Origin: Botryllus schlosseri
Taxonomy: Eukaryota
Reading direction: 5' to 3'
DNA length: 64,000 nucleotides
NCBI GenBank assembly: GCA_051294905.1
Contig: CM119378.1
Location: 11,408,001 to 11,472,000 of the forward strand
The translations under genes were made by a program, and so were the position numbers. This document shows, in pieces, positions 1 to 12,230 of this stretch (position 1 is its first letter; every line of letters starts with the position of its first letter). The notes under the pieces were generated by a model that saw nothing but the letters and a program-made list of their open reading frames with translations, had not been told where the DNA came from and made no database searches.

Positions 1-1009
1 AACCCAAGTTTATTACTTGCACTTATAAGATTCAATTTCATAAGGGTCCACTACAAATATACCGTATGCAATATAGCAATTCTGCTGTCGAAGACTGACG
101 AGTACCAATTCTACTGTCGACTGTCCAAACAAATTACAAGCCATATTATTGATGGAGATATATGTGGTCTGGAGAGTCACTTCAAAGATCAATATTCACC
201 GAATCGCCAGTTACAGCAAGACATGACATCACATCAATACGTGAAATAGGTAAAATGTGATGATTGCCACATCGAGTTATGTAAATACTTTATTTGTTTT
301 CATGTATACTAAAGTCTCAACGGAAGAGTGAAATACGGTGAAGACCTTATTTCAAAACCCTTATTCCACGAAGTTGCACTGCCTCTGTGCATAGCACAGC
401 ATATTGTATTAGAAAATATCGGGTTTTCAATCAATCATTATCATTCCTGCAATATTGCGTTTACATACAGGAAATAATCAAAATGTGATAGATAGCACAT
501 GATCGATCACACCAATAGCCTGCAGCAACCAGCCTACAGTGATAAGCCAACTATAAACTTCAACATAAGGGAAAATTTCGATGGTTTGGATGTTTGGAAA
601 TAACAGACCAACTCAACCATTATAGTTGTGAGTTGAGGAGACGTTATTTTGTTGATGTTCTGTCACAATTGTAGGTAGCTTGTGTTGCGATGTAGGCTAT
701 TTCTTGTTCGCGAGATTCATGCGTTTATGCCATCATATCTGTCACACATATAACACATCACCATCATGCGACAGTTGGTTTTACAACGATAACCTGTAAC
801 TGTAACTACACCACAGTTTTGAATGATTGAATTTTTGATGACCTTCTTCTTAGCCTGTATTTTCGAACATGAGCAAGATGAAGATGCCACCAGCCTAACC
901 AGTGTTTAATGTCATTTTCCTTCATTTGGTTGAATAATTTGATACCAAGTAGGTTGAACACGAGGTTGGTGTGTAAAACAGACAGTGATACAAGCCAAAT
1001 AAATCTTAC

Positions 1010-1947
1010 TTGTCCCGCCTCTTCCACTAACTCCGTGTCCTCCACCGGGACGATGGCATTCGCTCCCGCTGGCACCGGCGAGCCCGTAGTGATACGTATC
1101 GCTTGTCCTCTACTGGGCGGCTCGCTAGGTGCACGTACGCCATAGACAGACGAGCCAATTACTTCGAAAATTCCGGGAGTGTCAGATGCTTTAAATGGAA
1201 TTGCATCAATCAATACAAATGTATAGGAAGTGAAACAGTATATTTGAAATCATTAGGTAAAACTGATTTACGCATTTTGAATAGTACGCAGGTAACTGCA
1301 CAATAGAAGAGAAGTATTTCAATTCTTATAAAATATCAAAGTAGTAGGCCTTCCCAATGATATGATGATTATCGCATACCGAGGATTTTATAAACGATGT
1401 ATGCAGTACTAGTACCGGAATGCTTAATTCAAAAATACCACAGGCTTTCGCTGAGATCTTAGGCCACACCACATCAACATTACATGAACGAATCAGGGTT
1501 ACTTTGTAAAATCATATACTAAGGAACTATCGAACATATTGGACCCCTAAACAGCGACTCTGCTGTAACATCATTAGTTGATTAAATTTGATACGATACG
1601 ATCTCGTAATATTTCGCGATTTTATCAAGACAATGCAGAAAAAGGATGCCATACCGATAACTGCATAGCCGTCTTTGATGGACGCTGGAAACGCTGGGAC
1701 ATTCTCAGGCGATTTCACATCCTCGGCCAAAACGTATCCAAACGCATCTGCAAAGAAATCCAGCTCGAGAACAGTTAACGCTAACATACAAGTCAGCGTG
1801 CAATATGCATACCTTCGTAAGACACGGTTTTAGTGGGCAGGACTGGCGTGTTCTCCAACACGGTGGAAACAGCCTCGTCCACCGGTACGAGGGGGTACGA
1901 CGAATTGCGATCTCGGCGCGCTACTTTTGCTGGCGTCATTGCAAACT
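1010..1947 (-). CDS. GPHN: Gephyrin E domain N-terminal part (MoeA-like), exons 1947-1813, 1747-1655, 1188-1010
   Basis: AKVARRDRNSSYPLVPVDEAVSTVLENTPVL / DAFGYVLAEDVKSPENVPAFPASIKDGYAVI / GQAIRITTGSPVPAGANAIVPVEDTELVEE. Canonical splice sites; 65-nt intron at 1748-1812. Confidence 0.95.
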
Positions 1948-4900
1948 CTAAACATTAAAGATTACACCAATATTATTATCAATGCAATGAAAAATAACAA
2001 GTCGCAAAACTACAATTAAACCACACTCTCATAAAGATTGGTAGGTTCGTATTTTAAAATAAGATCATGTTTAATTAATATTAACGGTCAATACAAAAAG
2101 AGACAAACGCATCAATTATCCATTTACAAGTTACCTAATCCCGTGTTTGCATGCTAATTTTACAACAATCAAACAGCAAAGGTACAATTATTTGAATCAA
2201 GCAAGATTTGGGCATCACTACACATGGTACAAGGTCATATTTCAAAGCGAGATCAGATGTGTGATGTTTACGTCAAGGTTATATAATGCATATGATAAAA
2301 GGATCACATATTCACATGAGTCGCACATGTATCATATTAAAATCACTACCTAGGTGTCACCAATTTACCACAAGGCAATAACTTATCACCACAATATGGT
2401 GACACTGACACATAACATAGCTGTTACATATCATATTATATAACACATGTTCACACCAGACTGTTCACACATATTATAAACGGGTACTCGGAAGCCCAAA
2501 CATATACAAGTTTATATCATACCAGGATTTAATCTTCTTTTTTCTTTTATCAATGTATCGATGGATATCTTCTTTTTACCTCCAACCTTGTCTGCCTGAC
2601 GTAGGCTTATATCATTCTTGAAAAGAAAGAAATTACCTTCACTATTGCATGCTCGCCCGTAAGAGAGAGAGTAAATAAATGCCAATAACTTCGGCCTACA
2701 TGTGTCCATCACCATACAGGAAATAGGAATACTGTAAGCCAAGCATAAATACTTGGAATATAAAGCAATGGTCAGACCCGTCAAAGTACCATGATTTCAG
2801 AAAGTGTCCATTTCAAGGCAAACAAATAAATGCCGAGATAACCATATTGAAATATTCTACGCGTTGAACTCAACTAAATACGTAGGATTAGAGCATTACA
2901 ATATTACACACCGTAAAATATACGCTACTATCATGACAAATAGGCGGTACTATACTAGTAATGTAGAATATCGAAAATGCAATACCATAAACAACAAGCA
3001 CCGCACAGTCAATATTCATAATCCGTTCAACACAACTAGTGCGGCATTATGCTCGGTCACACAGCAGATGTTCACCGAAAGATTATTTGAAGTGACGATA
3101 CCCAGCAAAAAATATAGGGATTACATTTGCTAACAAGTGAGTATACATTGTAACAGGGAGTGAGTGTGTGCCGTGCTGCGTGCGCATACAAAACACACAC
3201 ACAAGCTTTTTAGAAATCGCAAACCGCACCAATTCTTCATGGTTAGATTTTCCAGTTTCATGCGAAGCTAAATTTTCGAACGATAGACATTGAGAGAGAG
3301 AGGGATGATATTCATTTTCCCCTACACCATCGAGATGCTTTGACGACGGAGATGCGATAAGACCTTTAGTAAGGTCATCTCGTCTAAACCCCCGGTTTTT
3401 GTTCTCCTCCATGCTAACGTGACACGGTCCAATGCATTTTCAGCTCATCAAATTTTAACTATATAGCCTACCCGAGCATAGGCCCATCTGCCAATTCATG
3501 ATCTCATAAAACGATTAGAATGCATAAAAAAACCTGCATTTAATTACAAATTCAAGTAACATATGCAAAAGTTATAATTTCTGCATCAAAACTGCCGAAG
3601 TAGAATACAAACAACACTAATAGACCGAGTATTACAATTGGATAAAATTACTTGTATCCCTGAAAAGTAGATTTATCTTGTTACCGATCACATCTGGCTT
3701 GGGAGGGAGGGGGGGGGGTGCAACAAAGAAATGCCGAGCTTGATAAGGAACTGAAATACCGAAAAAGATTTGCGAACCACCCAGTCAGAGCATTGTAAAC
3801 TCTACACTTTTCAACAAAAATCTCGATTACGAACGTTACAGAAACCTAACAAACGAAAACGCTATGACTAAAGAAATATTGCAAAAGATCATCAGACTAT
3901 CCAATTTCTCACCGCATTGCCGGTATCCGCAGACTCCTTTTCCAGCTCGGACGCTTCCAACTCGAGATCTGCTTCAGACAATGAGAGAACGCTACTCAAG
4001 TCACTTTCCCTGGCGTTCAATCCGTGAGCACCGCCGTGCGCCATGCCATGTACCATACCATGAGCGTGACCGTGGGACATCCCATGAGCCATGCCGTGGG
4101 ACATACCATGTGCCAGACCGTGGGCCAACCCATGTCCCAGGCCGTGGGCCAACCCATGTCCCAGGCCGTGGGCCAACCCATGAGACATGCCATGTCCGTG
4201 TGAATAGACATGGGCGGCGTGCGCCGCGTGGTGCATGCCGCCAGAGTGCCCTGGAGTGCTCTGAAGGACGATATTTTCGGTGATGTTCTCGACAATCATC
4301 GCGTCAATAGAGTCTGTCGATTTTGTCTGGCCGGAAGATGGCGCGACGTCGCTGCCGCGTATGTTCCCTTCTCTTGTTTTCGACGATACGAAAGCGTTAG
4401 ACAGCCCGGCGGCTCTGAAAAGTTACAACCTTCATACTCAGACAGGACAAGATGGTAGGATTTAAAATAATTATTTTATTCGAAGAGCGAGCCATTGGTA
4501 CTGCAATTCTCAGTGGATGAGCAGAAAATCACTAACTAATTAAATGGTTAGTAGTAAATCGGGAACTTGACGGGCCCCTACTCCCAATCTTAACCTCCCT
4601 ACCCTATCACGAATCCAAGGGTTCTCAACCAGGGACCTCTTATATATTTTGGGTAGGTGCATGTGCTCCCTAATCGTGAAATTCAGGAAACTCTTATCTA
4701 AAAAGAGCGACCTTTAGTGAGCAATGACAATAAGACAAACAAAGGACAAAGTCAAAAGGACAGACCGATCTTATAGTAGCGGACGATGTAGTGATACAAT
4801 TGTAGTTTCGACTTTTGCTTTGTCAAGCTAGTACTTGGACCTTCTACGGGTTCAAGTATCCCTACCGAACTTAATCCCTAACACTGTAACACTAACCTAA

Positions 4901-7900
4901 CCCGAATACATTAATACCTAACAAGCTCCAAAGAGACGGTTTGGAGTGCAGAACCTCATGATGGATTTGAATAATATATTGATATTTATTTAAGCACCAT
5001 ATATCACAATGATATGCTGTGAAACATTTATCTTTGAATTTATAGAATAACGATGCAACGCTTTCACAATAAAAATACCAGTAGTTATTCCTACATTTGT
5101 AATGCCGAATTCCCTTGTGATAAGCAACAGAATACCATTCCGCAGCATCTATCCACCTTAGATAGCATTATCTTGCAAACCCCAATAATGAAATGTCTGA
5201 AGAGCTGGTAAAATACTTAAACCAAACCAAGTCGCCCGAATCAAAACATTTACATTATCCTCACATGCCATTTATTACAAGTGGACACAAGATCAACCAC
5301 AAATCGACATTTGTGATCACTAATTTTGAATATATTAAATCTTATCGGAATCTGAATTGGTGCTACACACACATAAAAGAAAAGCTACCGTTTCATGACC
5401 TAGTATTTAGTGTTTTGATCAAGAATATCAACAGCACGGATACACAGCATTGCGTATCTTCACATATGTCTTTTATAGTTTCAAAAAACATCCCACACAA
5501 TATCCTCTCAGTTGAAGGCATCACAGAAAGGCAAAATATAAATTTAGTATCACGAATCTGTGGACCTAAAAGAAGCAATTTTCCAAAAATAAGTACAGAA
5601 TACATGGGTTTACCAATGCATGACGGTAAGTCGTACTGAAATAACTCAGTTTCTGGAAAAGGCACTCCGCAAAAATGTAGCAAGTGCAATAAACATCGAA
5701 GATTTCAAAGAACTATTCGTCAGCCAATGACAAAAGTGCGCAAGTATTCGCCGAAAAAGATTCTGATACTACAAATCCGTAACCAAGACGGTCATATTGC
5801 GAAAAGTATCAAACCGGGCTGCAAAATCCTTACCTGTGAAATGACTCAACATCGTCCAAATTATTCCTCAATAAGTCGACCGCATGATCGAGGATGGGGC
5901 TTACGAACTTGAAGCATTCCTGGTAAATATGAGTAAAAAGATCAGGTTGATACTCTCTCACAAACTGTTTCCACGTATTACCATCAAAATCGCAGCACAC
6001 TATAAATATATAGCCTAGTCTGGAAATTTTACTTAAGTATAGAGATGACCACTTTTAATATTTTCAGTTAGCATTTTTGTCATTATTGTTGCTCGTCTGT
6101 ATGAGTTGAAATTTATATATTAAAAGAATTATGCCTATTGACATATCCGCTGAACACTGATAATCCAAAACAGAATTACTCTTAGTTCCAGGCGAATATT
6201 AGCCCTGGACTGGAAACAATCCTTGGCTATAATTTAACAGAAATGGATATATCTATTATACCACTGTGCATCACCATACAATGGATATATTCCAAGAGGA
6301 AATTATCCCGATAGCACATCAGCAACGAGAAAAGGAAACATGATCCTATTGACTCACTTCAGCAACTGGCTTACTCCCAGGAAGATTCAATATAAAACAC
6401 CTCCCACGTGTGCCGCATTTCATTCTAAAACATAAGTAGTCCATTCAGTAAATCATAACTTTTCTACCGATCAATATCTGATTGCATTTTTCGGCCGACA
6501 TTTAAATCTAGAAAATTTAACAAGAATTACAGATGAAACAGCGATATGAGCTGTACCAAAGAAAGTCTAGAAAATAACTTACACTGTGGTGAGTTAGATT
6601 AATATCTAAAGAATGTTACGGGATGTTGAAATGAATCTCAAACATCATTTCCTAAAACAGCTAAAGGTATAACAAACCATTATCTAGTTCCGCCATATTG
6701 CTGATAAGAAAATCTGGCTTGGACGTGCCACTTCTAATCAGTGCCACCGTGAAAGGAGTTTCGGTCATCACAGGATTTGACTTGGAATTTTTGGACATGA
6801 TACGTAATGAATTCTGCATCTGTTTTTAAATTGAAAATTTCAAATCGGCTCATCTCTGGATAGCATCGAAGATTGCATATAGCTTGCCTGGATAACATTG
6901 AAAACTTGGTCTTGGAGAGCGACGCTGCTATAATCCCAGTCGTGACTGCGCTCAGCTCGCGCTCAATTACTTGTGCGGTGGCGTCGGGCGTTACATCACG
7001 TGGCGCTATGCCAGTACCGCCTGTCGTCAAAATCAAATTGCATCCTTCTTCATCGACCCAATCAATCAGGGTATCCTGTGTGAGCAAAAATCATTTTTAA
7101 AAACGGTCAAAAATTCAATGTGTAAAGGGCTTGATGAGAGTTACGAATTTCATTTTCATAAATTACCATTCTATCCTTGTACCATAAGGATACCGTTCTA
7201 GGGGTCCGCCAATAGCCTACTCAAATTTCCGAATTTTCGCCCCAATCTGTCCGATGAAGAGATTGAAACCTCGCCACGAAATTAATTTTCTCTACTGATA
7301 TACGTAACTACTATTCCAAAATAACTTCAAGATGAGATGCTGAATAGAAATGACTATGCCGGGCGTTATATGTTCATTAAATACTATGTTTTTCAATTTT
7401 GGTTCCATATATGTTGCGATCATACCCAAAGGTCGTCGGAAGTATTGCGCGTTAATATTACATTCACCAGCACCTATCTTTGCATAAATATTTTCGGCAC
7501 TCGTTCATATCGAATTGAAGACGGGGTTTATCAAGACAATAAATATACAGCTGCAGAGTTCGCTTCGAAACAAGATGTGTCCACCCAATATCTACATATC
7601 GTATGATGTTATCATCACGAAAAGTCATTTTGTGGCTGTTTTCCACAAACCTACAATTAATATTTGCACAAGACAGATGACAGTTGCAAGATAATTGGGC
7701 TAATTTTGAGCGAAAACTTGCGGGGTGGGGGGGGGGTCCGCGAGAGTTCAAGAGGAGTCCGCAAAGACAAAAAAGTTGAGAACCACTGTCTTAGAGACAT
7801 CACAATTTCGGTTGTTACTAGTAACTGTACATGTCTGTAGGCCTACCCATTCAACGGCGCACAGCGAAATTACTTTCATTTCTCAGGAAGTTTGAGATTA

Positions 7901-9990
7901 TTCACACCTTGGACAGGCGATAATTACATATATGATTATTATATCCGTCAAAGAATCGAAAGAGTTCCACGTAATTCGATAACTAATACCTTGATAGCTT
8001 GTTGATCATCCGGCACAATTTTCCGCACTTTCACAATCGCCTTGAAACTGAAGAAAAACAGGAAGGGAACTCAGTCAGTAGTTCAATACATAAGTGCACT
8101 TATTAACACAAACCCGGAAAATTGCTGCAACAAGGTTTGCAGATTCACCCCGCTGGTGTCTTCCGAGATACCGGCCGAGCACCGGTCACTCACTAAAAGT
8201 GAAGCAGGTTGAAAACACACAATAAACAGCAAATGAAAGGATTCCTATCGATCACAAACTATCATAGGAGATTACACAGAAATGACAAGTGCAGATGGGC
8301 AAATTGCTATGCCTCTGTGGTAGGGAGGGGGTAGGCGAATACATACGATGCGTTTGTCAAAACAAAATGAAATGCACAACAGGACATTGTTCTATTGTCA
8401 TATTTAAGCACGGTGTGTACAATTGCAGTCGCGTACACTAACCTGAATCAGAGCAATATCAGGGGCGTGAAGTGACTGTTGATGCTAAATCACCAACAGT
8501 ATTTGTAGAAATTCCAGTGGCTCGGTTCCCGAATATTTTTCCAATATTATGAAGTAGATTAGCATATTTCAAACAACATCTCACAAAGATAAATGCATTC
8601 ACACAAAAGTATAACCGGAACGCATTACTAGTGAAATAAAATATCCCTCGTCGACTACCGAGCTCGTGGCAGGACAGCTCACATTCGAGAGAAAATATTA
8701 GTGGTCATATTCTCTCGCTATCGGCATTGATTGCATTGAGATTCAACAGGAAAATCCTGCTACTGCTTGCGTATTGGCAACAAATAATCGACACCTAGTT
8801 TCTAAAATGTCGCAGAGAACATTAATACGTAACAAGTCGCGAAATTCCTCGTTGTGTTTGGCAGTCCGAGTACTAAAATATTTCTTTGTCGTCAAACGGA
8901 AGGAGACTAAAGAACAACGGGACTATGTAAAGTCTATGTATTGATCGATCAATCAATCAAAATTAAGCCTATGCTACAGATGTCAACAAAAATTACCAAG
9001 CTAAAATGCGGTGGGCACGCTGTGCTGAATGACGAATACAGGAAGATATCACATAAAAGTGGGCAAATATTAAAATGAAGATAAATATATTTGGAGGCTA
9101 TTTTTCAGGCACATTTCATCAACCATCATGATTAAATCGCAGTGAATGTCCTAATTACTTTTAAGCAGCTTTATAGTTATCGCAGATTCAACGGTAACAG
9201 TAGTTAATGATATTAGACAACGCATGAACGATTTTCGAAATACTAACAAAAGTACTTTGATAGCTTGCTTAGCGGCATACAGTATGAGCATTGAGCATGC
9301 AATAACACAACATTTTATAATGTAAACATTTGGCTTTATAATACCACACACTACGTAGTAAACTCAATAGATTACAACCGTTAACAATAATTCATGTACC
9401 TAGATCAGGAAATCGGTTTGGGGAACGTTTCGGATAGAGGGGCCATGTGCATTTTTCATTCTTTAGTTCCATATGAAAAACTCAAAGCACGTGAATGATG
9501 TTATATCAGGTGAGAAGAGCTCGAGTGTTTGCATGGAAAGAGAGAGAAACCGGACTTGTTGCTATTTGCAATTGTCATTTCTAAATTTTCATCAGTTAAT
9601 ATGGAGCGGAGCTTAATCTGCGACATACAAGAAATCAGGACGTGTAGGCTACATTTGGCCCCAAGCCAATGTTTGGATGCACAAAATAGCACACTCGCAC
9701 TCGCACAATTGTCAATTGGTGGAGTGGACATTAAACCCCACTCAATCATGAAGCCGTGAAAATATTTTTCCAAGTTGAGCCTGGACCTGGTCAAACTCGA
9801 GAATCTCGACTGGACTTCCAACACTGCTTGGTAGTATCTTCAGTTTCAGAAAGGTGCAGCACAGCTTAATAACTTACTTCCACAAAATATTAATATACGG
9901 TACTTAAAATACTTTCATTCCATTGTAGATCACACAAAGCTCTTTACCTGTGAGTATGCCGCAGAATACTATTTTACGCTCGTCAGCCAT
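1010..9990 (-). CDS. GPHN: Gephyrin (MogA-like G domain + linker + MoeA-like E domain; Moco biosynthesis / inhibitory synapse scaffold), 3'-partial, 11 exons
   Basis: Exons (minus): 9990-9948, 8192-8114, 8047-7990, 7075-6888, 6424-6358, 5919-5834, 4414-3913, 2616-2523, 1947-1813, 1747-1655, 1188-1010. All junctions are phase-compatible, with AG acceptors and GT donors (one GC). Translation shows MADERKIVFCGILTVSDRC, KIVPDD, LILTTGGTGIAPRDVTPDAT, LNLPGSK, KVARRDR, PAFPASIKDGYAV and RITTGSPVPAGANAIVPVEDTEL, which are gephyrin hallmarks. No further exon was recognised in 1-1009. Confidence 0.96.
2523..4414 (-). CDS. GPHN: Gephyrin central linker (C domain), exons 4414-3913 and 2616-2523, with His/Gly/Met repeat
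   Basis: The 502-nt exon (phase 2 to 0; TTTTCAG acceptor, GTGAGA donor) and 94-nt exon (phase 0 to 1) exactly bridge the phase-2 end of the G-domain exon and the phase-1 start of the first E-domain exon. Confidence 0.85.
4025..4205 (-). repeat. Coding tandem repeat (12-nt base unit, 24-nt higher-order unit) encoding (xxHG)14
   Basis: Plus-strand unit gccgtgggccaacccatgtcccag and variants; protein MSHG-LAHG-LGHG-LAHG-LGHG-LAHG-LAHG-MSHG-MAHG-MSHG-HAHG-MVHG-MAHG-GAHG. Confidence 0.95.
5834..9990 (-). CDS. GPHN: Gephyrin G domain (MogA/Cnx1G-like MPT adenylyltransferase), exons 1-6
   Basis: TVSD motif, VPDD, TTGGTGIAPRDVTPDAT, LSR-MKCGTRG, NLPGS and ECFKFVSPILDHAVDLLR, in the same order as in known gephyrin G domains. 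Confidence 0.95.
9395..9700 (-). mobile_element. Degraded hAT (Charlie/SPIN-like) transposase C-terminal remnant in gephyrin intron 1
   Basis: Minus ORF contains KLRSILTDENLEMTIANSN...HSSSSH, resembling the recalled hAT C-terminal motif K.RSRLTDE.L...LR.A......SH. Confidence 0.55.
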
Positions 9991-10939
9991 CGATCATTTC
10001 ATCCAAGTTCTTCTTCAGGCAGAGCCTTATGAATGCGACCCGATATAAAGAGGGTTTTCGGTATTATGTAAATAATGGAAGCAATGAAATAAATCTGAAT
10101 TGAATCTGAAAAATGAAGGATATTGTCAAGCCTGTCAGCACCAGGGAAGCATAACTATGAATGCTGATACAACCAGCAATCTCCAATCTCCACAACTTGA
10201 ATGACAATATGGTTTAGATAAAAAATGATGACAACATCAATGAGCAATGAGCATATTCAGGCCTACATATAGTATGGCCCATAGCTGATGGATTCAATAG
10301 GTCATGTCAAATAATCAACAATAATAATGTTAAAATAGGTTCAATAAATAACAGCTCTTAAAATTATAAGTCAAAATATCTTACATTCCATGAAACATTC
10401 ATATATTAATATTGATGTACTCAATATATAAGTATATTATACTCAAGTCATGATTGTAAAGTTCGGCCCACAGTTAGTGTGGTGATTTTGGTCATTGAAT
10501 GGATTTATATGCTATAGATACCAAAAAAGGTTAACAGGTCACATGTTACAATTTCGGGCAGGTAAGATCTTTTCAGATATATATGGTTAAATCATCATAA
10601 ATCAGATAAATGGAAGTCTTACCGAGTTATTTCTGAGAAAGTTAATTAGTATCATGTTTAAGGCTATCGTGAAGTACTCTTCACATTCACATCACCAAAA
10701 ATGCGAGTAAAACAGAAACTATACGCTTTTGGAAGTAGGCTACAGTACTATAGCAACAAACAATACATTCCATTGCCAGATTTTCGACTATTAAAATTAT
10801 CTGACACGTTTTGTTACATCCTGCTAAGCGCAAGCTATACCATCTCAAAGACAAGTTAAAAACTCTGTTAACGCGAAGGTAGAGCATAGTTTCGCCGCAG
10901 GCGCGACAAATTAGAGGACAAGCCAACGACAACTCACAA

Positions 10940-11110
10940 AACAACTACCTCGAGTGAACTGCGAATCCTCAGTCGTCAGTCCTCAACGAAGGCGAACTGC
11001 GCTACTAGCGTAGCAGTCGAGCGACACCCGCTGGTGATGTTTTGCAACGTTTGCAGCAATGCCGAGGTTGGAATTCGGCAATTAAGCAGACGTGAGCACT
11101 TGGGCGGACA
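10940..11110 (-). promoter_or_regulatory. Candidate gephyrin promoter / non-coding first exon
   Basis: CpG-richer, non-repetitive block about 1 kb upstream of the ATG exon, with minus-strand donor-like sites (CGAG|GTAGTT, |GTGAGT). Inferred only. Confidence 0.3.
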
Positions 11111-11459
11111 AACTAGCAGTCTAGTTAGTTGACACTTGACAGTCGAATAACTTTTCAGTAGTTCTATTTCTAGATGCAGATTTTAAGAAGTCTGTAGTTC
11201 CAGTTCTAGTTGCTCCACCAAACATAATTAGTTTTAGAAATGCAACCAACACATGCCGTCGTTAGGCGTGAATCGCCATTATGGTGTTCTGTTATGAGTT
11301 GTTCTATGCAGCGATTACTAGCTCAGAGTCATCACTATTAACGGTGGCATAGTCAGGGGTGGATTTTGCATTTTTCAAAGCGCATTATAGCGCAAATATG
11401 GTCACGTCGAGATGACCGTAAACATTGGGGTCCAGGCAAGCTTGAAGGAAAAATGCTGC

Positions 11460-11590
11460 GAATGAGTTGGCGAGGAGGAGGCTAAACCTCCACTTAGGTA
11501 GAAATTCTGGATTCGACCTCGGTAGGACTCGAACCTACAATCCATTTGTGTTGCAGCTGTAGATTATACCATGACGCTATCTCGTCACGC
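11460..11590 (-). mobile_element. tRNA-derived SINE head (B box GGTTCGAGTCC) plus body
   Basis: Minus strand ...GGATTGTAGGTTCGAGTCCTACCGAGGTCG resembles a tRNA 3' half, but the 5' half is degenerate. The downstream body ggaggttta..ctcctc.tcgcc is shared with the copy at about 14060-14190. Confidence 0.65.
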
Positions 11591-12230
11591 GCAGTAAGCT
11601 TATACGTTATTTCAAGTCATTTTAGCTACACCTGTGGGCTGTGGCCGTTTCCCGGAGACTCAACTTTGATTTTCAAATACCACTCCGATCACATATTTCG
11701 AGATAAAGGTCAATTATTCAGATAATTCCAGACGCGACGTACAAATATCACTCGAAATTGCTATGCCAGAATTGCGCTTACGTTTATAACTGATTAGCCT
11801 AGGCTATATGTCACATAGGACTGTTAGCTGTGATGGTTTCCGACATTTTGTGGCCCCTCTTCGATTTTGAAATTCAAGACTCCTAGCCTATTATGAATGC
11901 ACTGTACTTCTATAAACTCGTAGTGCGAGCGCAGCCGACGAACTGTCTTAAAACCGGGAAAGCAGGGAGGTGATCGTAATGTGTGCCATGCCAACTGGGC
12001 ACGATAGTGTAATATTTCTGTGCAGGGTATATTAACCAAGACCCAAGTCACAAGGGCCGAGTCTCAAGTAAAATGCAAATGCTACTAATATAATTTTGAC
12101 TCGAGTCAGCAGATCAATCAATATTTTATTCATTTCAAAACATCACAAGACTGCGATACAAATGAAAGGATAGGAAGATGTCGAAACAACTTGCGCCTTT
12201 AAGATCAGACACCCACTTTAGCCTATAGGC

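Noticed and set aside
806-1009. C-terminal half of ORF 806-1213
   Set aside because: Homology stops at the CAA|GTAAGA donor; the rest is intron read-through.
3083-3412. 109-aa minus ORF as an additional gephyrin linker exon
   Set aside because: Its 5' third is a dispersed repeat also found at 14.3 kb, and the gene model closes in phase without it. A small alternative exon cannot be excluded.
3864-4458. Overlapping ORFs 3864-4283 (+), 4017-4295 (-) and 4210-4458 (+)
   Set aside because: Antisense or alternate-frame shadows of the GC-rich coding repeat in the gephyrin exon.
4560-4930. Degenerate CCTAAC/CCCTAA motifs as an interstitial telomere
   Set aside because: Scattered, non-tandem motifs; more likely the ends of a small repeat element.
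5193-5639. 148-aa plus-strand ORF in a gephyrin intron
   Set aside because: No recognisable motif or splice context; treated as chance or decayed-TE ORF pending a BLAST search.
1010-9990. Prokaryotic mogA/moeA operon
   Set aside because: The motifs are split by spliceosomal introns and fused in one frame through a linker, so this is eukaryotic gephyrin.
11514-11590. Functional tRNA genes (also at about 14120-14190 and 61140-61197)
   Set aside because: Box A/B are present, but acceptor and anticodon stems do not pair properly and non-tRNA bodies follow, so these are SINE heads.
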